Shown piece after piece: positions 17,383 to 27,364 of a stretch of DNA of 64,000 nucleotides. The stretch is from a bacterium (GTDB lineage: Bacteria > SAR324 > JACQKK01): positions 32,001 to 96,000 of the forward strand of contig OZ251219.1 of NCBI GenBank assembly GCA_965240465.1, read 5' to 3'. Every line of letters starts with the position of its first letter. Position 1 is the stretch's first letter. Under the pieces are notes generated by a model, which worked only from the letters and a program-made list of their open reading frames with translations, searched no databases and had not been told where the DNA came from. The translations under genes were made by a program, and so were the position numbers.

Positions 17383-18822
17383 ATGATGCTAATACCAGTA
17401 ATATTAAGTGGAGGGGTTGGTTCTCGGCTGTGGCCGCTGTCTCGTGAACAGGAACCAAAGTTGTTCATGCGTCTAGCTGACAATGAAAGCCTAGTACAGA
17501 AAGCATTCTTGCGGGGTAGTCTATTGCCTGAGGTACGGGATGTGCTAACGGTTTGCTCGCAACATTTTTGGCGACAGATTGACCGCGAATATCAGGAGGT
17601 TGCCGAGCCTCGCAAGTTGGCTGTTAAAAACCATTTTATGTTGGAGCCTTGTAGTCGTAACACCGCAGCAGCTATCGCGATGGCTACCCTGTGGGTAAGT
17701 CGTACCTTTGGCGAGGACACCCAGCTACTGGTTTTGCCCAGCGACCACTTAATCACTCCGCAATCCTTGTTTAATGAAGCTGTTGAGCGGGCAATCGCTC
17801 TGGCGGAAACGGGAAAGATAACTCTGTTTGGTATTAAACCTACCCGCCCAGATACGGGCTATGGCTACTTAGAGAATCGTGCGGATGAGATAATTCGCTT
17901 CGTGGAAAAGCCCGATGCTAAACGAGCAGAGGAATTCTATAAAAGCGGTGATTTTCTTTGGAATGCTGGAATGTTTTGTTTTCAGGCACGAGTGATGCTC
18001 AAAGAAATGCAGCAGCATTGTGCCGAAATCTTAGTGGCGGCTGAAAAAACAGCTGAGAAAACAATGACAGAGCAACAAGGAGGACGCACCTTGATTAAGA
18101 TTAGTCCTGAGAATTTTCAAGCCATTCCTCAAGAATCCATTGATTACGCGGTTATTGAGAAAACCACCTCTGCTGCGGTGGTGTCCAGTAAATTTGACTG
18201 GAATGATATTGGTAATTGGGATACTTGGGGAGAACTGAAGCCTGCCGATGAGAAGGGCAACCATATCCAAGGGCCGGTCGCCATCATTGATTCGCACGAT
18301 AACATTATTTTCAGCCACCGCGTTCTGGGAGTACTGGGAATCGACAATGCCGTAATTGTTGACACTGAAGACGCCCTGCTGGTCGCCAATCGAAAAAATA
18401 TTCAACAGGTGCGAGAAATATATGCTCAGCTGAAAAAGAACTATCCTCAGGTGGTGGAATATCATAAAACCATTCAATGCCCTTGGGGATCCTACACTGT
18501 GCTGGATGAAGGAGTAAATTTTAAGGTGAAACGCATTGAAGTACATCCCAATGGTCAATTAAGCCTGCAATCACACAAACACCGCTCAGAACATTGGACC
18601 GTAGTCAGTGGAGAGGCAACCACTACCATTGATGGTAAAATAATGGTCTTGAAACCAAATCAGTCTTGCTATATCAATTGCGGAGAAATTCATCGGCTGG
18701 AAAACAAAGGGACCAAGAAGATGATCCTGATAGAAGTCCAAAGCGGTGCTTATCTGGAAGAAGATGACATCATTCGCTATGAAGACGCTTATGGACGGTC
18801 TACAGAAGATGAAACAAAATAG
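17383..18822 (+). CDS. manC: Mannose-1-phosphate guanylyltransferase / mannose-6-phosphate isomerase
   Basis: ILSGGVGSRLWPLSR, RNTA, FVEKP, SIDYAV.EK, PWG, cupin LSLQSHKHRSEHW. Confidence 0.95.
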   Translation: MMLIPVILSGGVGSRLWPLSREQEPKLFMRLADNESLVQKAFLRGSLLPEVRDVLTVCSQHFWRQIDREYQEVAEPRKLAVKNHFMLEPCSRNTAAAIAMATLWVSRTFGEDTQLLVLPSDHLITPQSLFNEAVERAIALAETGKITLFGIKPTRPDTGYGYLENRADEIIRFVEKPDAKRAEEFYKSGDFLWNAGMFCFQARVMLKEMQQHCAEILVAAEKTAEKTMTEQQGGRTLIKISPENFQAIPQESIDYAVIEKTTSAAVVSSKFDWNDIGNWDTWGELKPADEKGNHIQGPVAIIDSHDNIIFSHRVLGVLGIDNAVIVDTEDALLVANRKNIQQVREIYAQLKKNYPQVVEYHKTIQCPWGSYTVLDEGVNFKVKRIEVHPNGQLSLQSHKHRSEHWTVVSGEATTTIDGKIMVLKPNQSCYINCGEIHRLENKGTKKMILIEVQSGAYLEEDDIIRYEDAYGRSTEDETK

Positions 18823-18841
18823 CCCGAGAGAATGGTGGTAC

Positions 18842-20065
18842 TTAAGCTCTCCGATAAAGACTGTTTTCGTCGCAATATATCCTGCCTGAAAGTTCCAACT
18901 CCAGCAGTATCCCCAGCAAGCGTTCCATGGGGATCTCAGCCGAGCGACAAATATCATCGGGATGCATTGATTGACGGGCCAAGAAGTTCATCACACAAGT
19001 TTGCTCTTTGCTGAGAGATTTGTCATTAGCAGCAGTTGATGAATCAGATGAGGTAGTAGGCTCGGGAGTATTTTGGTGAACAAAGGCAGGGAAATCCGTG
19101 ATGATTTGGGGGATTTCGTTGGTAGAAGAATCAGCAGTAGAAGAAGTAGCTGGGATCTCAGCGAGATTGTACGAATCGGGAGCATAACTTAAAACAGCCG
19201 CGGTAATTTCTTCTGTATCTAGGAGCATGCGTGCTTGTCCACTTTTCAGCAGATAATTGGTCCCCTGGCTACAAGGACGGTTAACATCGCCGGGCAAGCA
19301 GAAGACTTGGCGGTTGTAGTTTTGGGAAAATCCTGCCGTAATCAAGGCTCCGCTTTTTAAGCCTGCCTCCGTCACTGCCAGTGCACCACCCAGCCCGCTG
19401 ATAATCCTATTGCGATGAGGAAAATTATAAGCATGAGCAGGAGTACCCATCGGTTGTTCGCTTATCACTATCCCCTGGCTGTAAATACGATTTGTTAATG
19501 ATCTATGCTGAGGAGGATAAATTACATCCACACCACATCCCAGTACAGCCACAGTACGCAAGCCAAGCTTTAGAGCACACTCATGAGCTATACTATCCAC
19601 TCCCAGTGCTAGACCACTAACTACGATCAGCTGAGGAATTCGCTTAGTCATCTCACCCAACAGCAGTTCAATCTGCTGTGTAGAGTAAGTGGTACATTGG
19701 CGGCTACCTACGATGCTCAACATTGGTCCTTCAGGGAAGGGCTGTTGGCCGCGGCAATAAAGTACCGCAGGCGGATTAGGCAAGCATTCCAGTAAAGTAG
19801 GATAATCGTCATCACCCAGACAAAGCAAACGTGCTCCAGCACGGCGTATACTCTCACACTGAGCTACGATATCCACCGTATCCGAGGCGTGCAAAATGCT
19901 TTCTATCTGGTGTGTAGAGAAATTACAAAATTCCGATAATTCTTCAGGAGAAGCCTCCAGTGCCTGCTGAGGATGCTGGTATTGACTAATTATTGTTCCA
20001 AGTGCACCAGGCCCAATCCCCTTTAACAAGCTGAGTAATAATAAACTGCGTTGACGATCATCCAT
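18842..20065 (-). CDS. dprA: DNA-processing protein DprA
   Basis: IVGSR, VSGLALGVD..AH, FPHRNRIISGL, SGALITA, C-terminal LLELELSG winged helix. Confidence 0.95.
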   Translation of the reverse strand: MDDRQRSLLLLSLLKGIGPGALGTIISQYQHPQQALEASPEELSEFCNFSTHQIESILHASDTVDIVAQCESIRRAGARLLCLGDDDYPTLLECLPNPPAVLYCRGQQPFPEGPMLSIVGSRQCTTYSTQQIELLLGEMTKRIPQLIVVSGLALGVDSIAHECALKLGLRTVAVLGCGVDVIYPPQHRSLTNRIYSQGIVISEQPMGTPAHAYNFPHRNRIISGLGGALAVTEAGLKSGALITAGFSQNYNRQVFCLPGDVNRPCSQGTNYLLKSGQARMLLDTEEITAAVLSYAPDSYNLAEIPATSSTADSSTNEIPQIITDFPAFVHQNTPEPTTSSDSSTAANDKSLSKEQTCVMNFLARQSMHPDDICRSAEIPMERLLGILLELELSGRIYCDENSLYRRA

Positions 20066-20134
20066 AGAACGTATTTCTTTATATTTATTCTAATAAATTA
20101 TTTTTGTTTAGCATAAATTTCCATAAGAAATTGG

Positions 20135-20941
20135 CTATGATTTAGCATTAGCTGCCGAAATTTTTAACCTCTTTAGTACGGGTTCCCATTCTTTGGCTCT
20201 ATGTTCCTGTTGCCCAAGTTGATATGAGTTTATCAATTTGGCCAGCACTTTGCGTTTTTGGGGATATTCAGGATAGTTTTTCAGCAAAAACAAGTAGCGA
20301 TTTGCGGCAGCCGCGTATTGATGACGCTTAAAATAAAAATCTGCTACCAGTTGTTCATGTCCTGCCAAGATGTGCCGAGCTCTATTATAGTAGTCCGTGA
20401 CACTTCCTTGGTAGCTGCTGTTGGGGTAGATAAGAAAGAATCTTTCTGCATCTTGGACAATATTTTTATATGGTTTTATGTTGCGGCTTACATTTGTTTT
20501 TCGTCTGAAAAACCCCGCCAAGGTTTGCTCGTATTGTACCCGTATCAGGTTGTAATAGATCAAGTGGCTTCGTTCACCATAGGGTTGCAAAATGGTGACC
20601 CGCCGATAGTTGATCTCTGCTTCATCCCATTTTTCTAGCTTTTCGTTAGCTTGGGCTAGTCGTAGATGAGCATACACTGCTTGCAAGGTGCTGGGTTCTT
20701 TATCCACCACAATGGTGTATTTGCGAATGGCATCAAGGTAAAATCCGTCGTCAAACAAGCGATTAGCTTCTAGATAAAGATGGCGTGTGTTTTTGTTTTT
20801 ATCTGCAGTTACTTCTCCTTCTGGTTCCAGCTGCGATTTGGTAGCTCCTTCCGTGGGTTGTGCCCACAATGGCTGTGTCCACAATAGTTGTGTCACTAGC
20901 AAGCAGGAAAGCAATAATAGACCACCGACAATTCTACTCAT
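20135..20941 (-). CDS. bamD: Outer membrane protein assembly factor BamD
   Basis: TPR helices; YPNSSY, LAGHE..VADFYFKR..Y.AAANRY..LL..YP. Confidence 0.85.
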   Translation of the reverse strand: MSRIVGGLLLLSCLLVTQLLWTQPLWAQPTEGATKSQLEPEGEVTADKNKNTRHLYLEANRLFDDGFYLDAIRKYTIVVDKEPSTLQAVYAHLRLAQANEKLEKWDEAEINYRRVTILQPYGERSHLIYYNLIRVQYEQTLAGFFRRKTNVSRNIKPYKNIVQDAERFFLIYPNSSYQGSVTDYYNRARHILAGHEQLVADFYFKRHQYAAAANRYLFLLKNYPEYPQKRKVLAKLINSYQLGQQEHRAKEWEPVLKRLKISAANAKS

Positions 20942-21041
20942 TAAAAGATCTCGTTGTTATTCTTATTGACGAATTTTGGTTCACCATTTTAGCTTGACTA
21001 GCCTTGGGTTAAAATTGTCATTGCTGGTAGAAAGCACTATG

Positions 21042-22199
21042 CTAGCCCCTCCTACGGGTGAAAGTACTAGCGGTGGGAGGTGAAAAATCACGCACTTTCT
21101 TGAGCTTCAAAAATCCATCTTGTTCCGAGGAACAGCGGACACGAAACACGTTTCCTCGCATATCAAGGGTACTTCCTCCCCGAATAGAACCAGACAGAGT
21201 GTGTACATCAGCATGGATAATGGCCTCAGTGTTATTATCTAGGTCAACTTGCAGGCGTCCAATTTGGCCATTGAGCACTAGTTTGCACTGTCCGCGTGCG
21301 TGTACTTCGGCATTACCGCTCAATTCTATCACACGAGCATAAGCCTGCTGCATGCGAAGCGTTAGTCCACAGAGTTCAGCGGCTACCAGCTGACCGCCAG
21401 GGAGTAAATTGGCACTTAATTGACTATTCAGATCACCAATGGTTAGTGGTCTACTGAGGTCACACACTTCTACTGCAATTCCTGAAGGTACAGTGATTAG
21501 AAGGTTAACGGGCAATTGATTGCATTCTAGCAAGAATTTTTCGGCACTGGGAAGGTTGTTTTGCGACCCCATTCTTTCTAAAGTCCGTCCCAATAGGCCT
21601 GCCCCAGTAAACTCTCTGCCACTAGAAAAAGAATTCTTTGGGACAGGGGATAAACGCTTCAAATAATGTTGCGGACCTTCCATTTCCAGCTGCACAATGT
21701 GTCTGGCGATCTGCTGAGAATGAACACCTTGTAGCTTAGCCAAGGTACTGTTCCACAACCGTAGTGCCTCCGTGGGATTGATGACAGTCTCGCCTCCTGG
21801 GGCACTCAGTACAAATACCCCATTGCGCGGCAATGCCAAGGCACTGATATGCACCATATCTTTACCACTACTCGCGGTAGATTTTGTTGCTGTCCTTGTG
21901 CCTTCTTTTCCACTGGTATTCCGCGACCATTCTGATTTGTGAACAAAACCAGTACTAGAGCCAAAGCCTGCTGTCCCCCTTACTCCTCCTTCGTTATGAA
22001 AATTGAGCACTGTTTCATCATAAGCACGGCGTTTATCGGCATCCTGCAAAGTTTCATAGGCCTGCTGTACTAGACCAAACAACACCGCGTCTCCACCCGC
22101 ATCAGGGTGCAACTTCTTGGCTAAATTACGCCAAGCGGACTGAATCTCATCTGCCGAAGCCGAAGTAGATACCTGTAACAATTGATAATAATTATTCAC
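21042..22199 (-). CDS. J-domain protein with C-terminal beta-solenoid-like region
   Basis: NYY.LL.V...AS..EI..A.R.LA..LHPD..G...AYETL.D..KR..YD at the N-terminus. Confidence 0.8.
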   Translation of the reverse strand: MNNYYQLLQVSTSASADEIQSAWRNLAKKLHPDAGGDAVLFGLVQQAYETLQDADKRRAYDETVLNFHNEGGVRGTAGFGSSTGFVHKSEWSRNTSGKEGTRTATKSTASSGKDMVHISALALPRNGVFVLSAPGGETVINPTEALRLWNSTLAKLQGVHSQQIARHIVQLEMEGPQHYLKRLSPVPKNSFSSGREFTGAGLLGRTLERMGSQNNLPSAEKFLLECNQLPVNLLITVPSGIAVEVCDLSRPLTIGDLNSQLSANLLPGGQLVAAELCGLTLRMQQAYARVIELSGNAEVHARGQCKLVLNGQIGRLQVDLDNNTEAIIHADVHTLSGSIRGGSTLDMRGNVFRVRCSSEQDGFLKLKKVRDFSPPTASTFTRRRG

Positions 22200-22266
22200 C
22201 GTATTTTCTCATCAATATTTTCCGCCAGAAATACCTATGATCAGTTATAGGATACACACTATTCTA

Positions 22267-23379
22267 CTAATCATCCAAATCATGTTGTTGCCGTAATCTA
22301 CTAAAAGCCCACTGCGGTTCCTGACGCAACCAGTGGTCAATTAAAACCAAATTCACCATCGCTTCCACTACCGGTACCGCACGAGGTAGCACGCAGGGAT
22401 CATGGCGTCCTTGCCCTCGCAATAACACCTTTTCTCCTTTGCGATTAACTGTCTGCTGTTCTTTAGCGATGGTAGAAGTAGGCTTGAAAGCTACCCGCAA
22501 CAGGATCGGTTCTCCATTGCTAATTCCCCCCTGTATTCCCCCAGAACGATTGCTTGCAGTGCCAATTCCCGCAGGCTTTTTCACATACACATCGTTGTGT
22601 TCTGAGCCTAGTTGAGTAGTTGCCGCAAATCCCAGACCAAATTCCACTCCACGGGTGGCAGGTAGAGACATTAAACCCTTAGCTAAATCCGCCGTTAGCT
22701 TGTCAAAAACGGGTTCTCCCAGCCCCGCAGGACAGCCGCGTACAACCACTTCTATAACACCACCAACGCTATCACCCTGCTTTTTTACCTCCATAATATA
22801 AGCCTCCATCTCCCGTGCAGCCTTGGCATCGGGACACCTCACCACGTTGCTTTCAATTTGCTCACCCGAAACTCGTTCCACATCTACCCGGCTTCGCAAC
22901 TTATGAACCTCTGAAACCCAAGCTAAGGTCTCCACTCCGTGCAAACTTAATAGTTTCTTAGCCACCGCACCAGCAGCTACCCGAGCAACAGTCTCACGTG
23001 CACTAGCTCTACCTCCACCCTGCCAATTGTGTATTCCATATTTTTGCTCATAACTAAAATCGGCATGGCTAGGACGATACCGTTCCCTAAAAATCTTATA
23101 ATCCTGTTGCCGAGCATCGCCATTGCGTACCAACATAGCCAAAGACGTCCCGAGCGTGTGCCCTTCAAACACTCCGCTGACAATCTCCACCTGATCCTGC
23201 TCGGAACGCTGAGTGGTTATCTGACTCTGGGACGGACGCCGCCGCTTCAACTGCTGCTGAATATCATTTTCAGTTAAGGGCAAGCCCGCTGGGCAACCTT
23301 CTACCACCACCCCGACCGCAACCCCATGGGACTCCCCCCAGCTGGTAATCTTGAAAAATTTGCCAAAAGTATCACCCAC
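22267..23379 (-). CDS. aroC: Chorismate synthase
   Basis: [45 protein letters not shown]. Confidence 0.98.
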   Translation of the reverse strand: MGDTFGKFFKITSWGESHGVAVGVVVEGCPAGLPLTENDIQQQLKRRRPSQSQITTQRSEQDQVEIVSGVFEGHTLGTSLAMLVRNGDARQQDYKIFRERYRPSHADFSYEQKYGIHNWQGGGRASARETVARVAAGAVAKKLLSLHGVETLAWVSEVHKLRSRVDVERVSGEQIESNVVRCPDAKAAREMEAYIMEVKKQGDSVGGVIEVVVRGCPAGLGEPVFDKLTADLAKGLMSLPATRGVEFGLGFAATTQLGSEHNDVYVKKPAGIGTASNRSGGIQGGISNGEPILLRVAFKPTSTIAKEQQTVNRKGEKVLLRGQGRHDPCVLPRAVPVVEAMVNLVLIDHWLRQEPQWAFSRLRQQHDLDD

Positions 23380-23568
23380 TTTTACCCCCTATTAATGCTA
23401 TACTGCGGTTTATATTTTGCATGATAAGGCACAAAATCATTTCTCAATCCAACCATGTTCCCAACAGATAATCTCCAATCTCATTCTAACCCGATGCACG
23501 ACTACTAACCAATCCTTACAACCAAACACCTGCCTTGCAACTTGCCCAAAGTTATACAGGAGTTCGTT

Positions 23569-24339
23569 ATGTTTATGCCACTGATGCCAACCACAAAATT
23601 TATTCTGCGTATCCCCCGATGGACAGCCATTTTGCTCCTGCTTGCCCTAGCCCTACTGATAAGTGCGACACTCTGGTGGCTGCTGGAAAATGAAGCCTTA
23701 AACACGCTTGCTTATTTTAATACTTGGCTCGCCGATAGTGTAATTAAGCGTTTCGGTTACTGGGGAGTATTTTTGCTAATGACCGTGGAGTCATCCTTTG
23801 TGCCATTCCCTTCTGAATTGGTAATACTTCCAGCTGGCGACTTAGCTCGTCGGCTACCCGATTGGACTCTCACTGGTGTTATAATCTCGGGTACACTTGG
23901 CTCGTTAGCTGGGGCAATCATAAATTATGGTCTAGCACGCTGGTTGGGGCGTCTATTGACACTCAGGTTGCTGGAGATAAGTGGCCGCTGGTTACGTATT
24001 TCTGTGGCTTCTTACCAGCGTACTGAGCAAATATTTTTGAAATATGGCTATATCTCTACCTTTTGCGGTCGTTTGTTACCCGTCATTCGTCAGTTAATTT
24101 CCCTACCTGCCGGTCTAGCACGCATGCCTATTCTGCCATTTGCTGTGCTGACTACCATAGGTGCAGGAATTTGGGTATCTTTACTAGCTTGGCTAGGATT
24201 TCGCTTTGGCCAAGACCATCAAGTGCTTACCCAGCAACTAAAACAAAACAGTCTCTGGGTGATTATAGCCGTACTAACTCTGCTTATAGCTTGGATAGCT
24301 TGGAGGCTACGCCAAGAAAGGCGTTCATCCCGTTCTTAA
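23569..24339 (+). CDS. DedA family membrane protein
   Basis: ESSFVPFPSELVILPAG, GRLLPVIRQLISLPAG; start after AGGAG. Confidence 0.92.
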   Translation: MFMPLMPTTKFILRIPRWTAILLLLALALLISATLWWLLENEALNTLAYFNTWLADSVIKRFGYWGVFLLMTVESSFVPFPSELVILPAGDLARRLPDWTLTGVIISGTLGSLAGAIINYGLARWLGRLLTLRLLEISGRWLRISVASYQRTEQIFLKYGYISTFCGRLLPVIRQLISLPAGLARMPILPFAVLTTIGAGIWVSLLAWLGFRFGQDHQVLTQQLKQNSLWVIIAVLTLLIAWIAWRLRQERRSSRS

Positions 24340-24362
24340 ACACCTTACTCGGAAAATACCCC

Positions 24363-24683
24363 ATGACGACTATATATTCTTCTTCTGAATCTGATGTTTC
24401 TTCTAACAAGAAATGTGTGTACATAGTTGTTTATGGCAGGGTGCAGGGTGTAGGTTATCGGGAATTTGTGTGTAAGGTTGCCAAACATTTTCAATTGACA
24501 GGATGGGTACACAACATGCCTGATGGACGCGTAGAGGCAGTGGTACGCATAAGTCATCAAATACTTCCTAAATTAGTTACCTTCCTAAAACAAGGAACTC
24601 CCTCTTCTAAAGTTATTCGGGTATCAACCAAAGAAATTTCATCCCTCAGTTGCCCGATCCGCGGCTTTGATATTATTACCTAA
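24363..24683 (+). CDS. acyP: Acylphosphatase
   Basis: GRVQGVGYR, LTGWV.N..DG.VE; start reassigned to ATG 24363. Confidence 0.9.
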   Translation: MTTIYSSSESDVSSNKKCVYIVVYGRVQGVGYREFVCKVAKHFQLTGWVHNMPDGRVEAVVRISHQILPKLVTFLKQGTPSSKVIRVSTKEISSLSCPIRGFDIIT

Positions 24684-25804
24684 CCCGTCTTGGCCCGAAA
24701 TCTGGTTGCAGAAAAAGGTTTGATTACCGAGGGACATTCATTATCCAACATCAGGCTTACCAAGCTGTGGGCGGTGATGGGTGCATTCAGGATACCATTC
24801 CGATAATGACCCGTTGCCACAAAAAAACCAGGGGCAATCCGACCCACAATAGGAGCATTATCCCGACTACCAGGTCTTAACCCTGCCCAAACTTCTTCCA
24901 GTGGCCACTCATCTACCCTGGGGAAAATTCTCCGTGCCTCCCGAAGCAAATCAAACAACACTCCCGCACTGGACTGTTTATCAAAGCCTCGTTCTTCCAC
25001 TGAAGCCCCTATCAATACCCTGCCATCCTCCCGCGGCACCAAGCAGTACCCATACCTAACCCCATGCAGTACACGCTTAGGAATCTCGTGCTGGGGTGCT
25101 CGCAAACACAACATCTGCCCCTTGATAGGCCGCACTGGCAAATCCACCAAAGAATCTACCCCCTTAATCATTCTACTCCAACAACCTGCTGCCAATAGCA
25201 CCTGTTTTCCTAGTAATACCTCGCCTTCCACCTGAACTGCAGGGGCTTCATCTCCCTGAGGTAATAGCTCCTGAACCTCACAATGCTCCCGTAATTCTCC
25301 TCCAGCCGATAAGAATGCTCGCCTTAAAGTAGCCATCAAACGCCTATTGTCCACCTGATAATCATCCACCTTTATCCCCGCTACCACCCGAGGGGACAAC
25401 CCATCCTCGCACATCTGTGCCTCCTCTCCTGATAACCATCGCACCTGATCTCGCTGCCCCTGCTGACGCTTAAATATCCGCTCCAGTTGCTGACGCTCAT
25501 CGGCATCCAATGCCACTTGCAACGTTCCCTCATTGCGAAACCCTACCCGTTCTCCGCTGGCAGCCTCTAACTCGCGCACGAAATCTGGGTACAACCTCAA
25601 ACTAGCCAGACCCAATTGATAAACCTCTTCTCCGTCCACCTCCAGCTCACATAGCGGCGACAACATTCCCGCCGCCGCCCACGAGGACTCCTGCCCCGTC
25701 CCACCCCGCTCTAATATCAATACCCGCTCCTTACGCCGTGCCAACAACCATCCCACCGACAGCCCAATTATTCCCCCTCCTATTATCAAGACGCCCCGAT
25801 TCAT
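24680..25804 (-). CDS. thiO: Glycine oxidase ThiO
   Basis: GGGIIG FAD motif, SWAAAGML, RPIKGQ, WAGLRP, TGHYRNGIL.AP. Confidence 0.88.
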   Translation of the reverse strand: MNRGVLIIGGGIIGLSVGWLLARRKERVLILERGGTGQESSWAAAGMLSPLCELEVDGEEVYQLGLASLRLYPDFVRELEAASGERVGFRNEGTLQVALDADERQQLERIFKRQQGQRDQVRWLSGEEAQMCEDGLSPRVVAGIKVDDYQVDNRRLMATLRRAFLSAGGELREHCEVQELLPQGDEAPAVQVEGEVLLGKQVLLAAGCWSRMIKGVDSLVDLPVRPIKGQMLCLRAPQHEIPKRVLHGVRYGYCLVPREDGRVLIGASVEERGFDKQSSAGVLFDLLREARRIFPRVDEWPLEEVWAGLRPGSRDNAPIVGRIAPGFFVATGHYRNGILNAPITAHSLVSLMLDNECPSVIKPFSATRFRAKTG

Positions 25805-25865
25805 GCTCTGTTACTCAGCTAGATAAAGCCTCTGCCCGTTACCAGATATATCCTACACCAGAAAG

Positions 25866-27089
25866 CTATTCAAATAGCCAATACCAACCGTAAGCCAACA
25901 AAACAGCTGGAACAGCACTATAAACAGTCGCCACCAGAGAGGCTTTAGGAGCCACTGCCAAGGCAGGGAAGAGGGCATCACCATCATTGCAGATGGCGTT
26001 TCCCAGTTGAGCTGAGAACGGTATCAAACCATTGACATACAGGGTAGTCACTACCACTTGCGGTCCGCAACCCGGTATAAAGCCTAAGACAATTCCCATC
26101 AAAGGCACCAGCGGCGCCCACAAACTAAAGAACTGTTCCAATTGAACTCCGCTGAAAAACAAAGCTAGTTCATAGAGTAAAAACGCCAAAACTATCCACT
26201 TGGTAACAAAATTGGTATCATTTGCAATTCTACTAATAGTAGATCCATATTTCCATTTAACTACTAATTCTCTATGAGCATGGCAACAATGTGGCTCACT
26301 AGGAGTTTTTTGCAGGGGCAAGATATCCCACATCATAAGACTCAAACTAGCCCCAAAAACACCCACCACTAAACGAGGAGAAAAGCCCTCAATTCCCAGC
26401 AGGGCATCAGCATCTAGCTGAAAGGCATCGGCTAAGCCCAGCACTACGCCTGGTATCAATATTAACATCCAAGCCCAGCCAAACAGAGACATCGGGGCTA
26501 CTAAATTTCTATGTTTATGGCAAAGCAACTTTCCCGTTTTCTTGCTACGTAGAAAATCAGGCCCATGGATGGCATCCACCAGCATGCCACTGATACTCCC
26601 CACCACAATGCTACCTGCAAATAATCCTAATGCCACCAACGGTTTGCGTGCCAACAGCAAAAATGCAGCATCTCCCATAGTAGATATTAACACTGCCACC
26701 AAAGCCCCAAAACTAATGCCACCCTTCACATATTGAGTCACCACCACAATCGCCCCGCCACAGCCAGGCAAAGCCCCCGCCACCGCCGCAATCACAGGCT
26801 GAACCCGACTGTACCGCTGCAGTAAACCAGCAACGTCCAAGCCTAGCCAATCCTCCAAAATGTAAAACAACGCCAAAGTGGCTGCCACAAACACCACCAC
26901 CGACAAATAGGCATCCCTAAGCACCCACATCAACAAGATACGAGTCTGAGGGTTAACCAATAAACCCACCATAATCACGTACAACAGCCACTTTCCCCAA
27001 TTTACTGACTTTACGGCAACCAGAACCCCCTCGAACAAGCATAGCAACCTCGTCCAAGGTATTTTTAATTTCAGAATCAATTCGGTCAC
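25866..27089 (-). CDS. Putative manganese/metal transporter (DUF2899 family)
   Basis: Duplicated LPGCGG..V / IPGCGPQ.V, TMGDAAF / NDGDALFP; His/Cys-rich loops. Confidence 0.85.
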   Translation of the reverse strand: MTELILKLKIPWTRLLCLFEGVLVAVKSVNWGKWLLYVIMVGLLVNPQTRILLMWVLRDAYLSVVVFVAATLALFYILEDWLGLDVAGLLQRYSRVQPVIAAVAGALPGCGGAIVVVTQYVKGGISFGALVAVLISTMGDAAFLLLARKPLVALGLFAGSIVVGSISGMLVDAIHGPDFLRSKKTGKLLCHKHRNLVAPMSLFGWAWMLILIPGVVLGLADAFQLDADALLGIEGFSPRLVVGVFGASLSLMMWDILPLQKTPSEPHCCHAHRELVVKWKYGSTISRIANDTNFVTKWIVLAFLLYELALFFSGVQLEQFFSLWAPLVPLMGIVLGFIPGCGPQVVVTTLYVNGLIPFSAQLGNAICNDGDALFPALAVAPKASLVATVYSAVPAVLLAYGWYWLFE

Positions 27090-27228
27090 GACTATCTGCT
27101 TATCTGTCTTTTAATCCATCTACAATATCACTAGTACTTAGACTTAATCTTTCAGGTTTGTAGAACTAACAGCATCTCAAGGCTATACCAAACTACAAAT
27201 CAATCTAATAGAACATCAGTCTAAATAA

Positions 27229-27249
27229 TAATGAATATCATTCTCATTA
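27229..27249. promoter_or_regulatory. Fur-family operator (Fur/Mur-type box)
   Basis: TAATGAATATCATTCTCATTA, an imperfect palindrome upstream of the metal transporter and downstream of a minus-strand TTGACA (27281-27286). Confidence 0.7.
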
Positions 27250-27364
27250 CCGTCCCATTGTCTACCACGCCTTACCTACTTGTCAATAAGGATCACAAAA
27301 TTATTTTTGAAAACAACTTTTAACAGTCGCTAGAAAAAGCAGACTCTTATCCAAAGGCCAACGC

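Noticed and set aside
25805-25865. TPP riboswitch upstream of thiO
   Set aside because: The gap is only about 60 bp and lacks the full aptamer core; no thiS/thiG adjacent.
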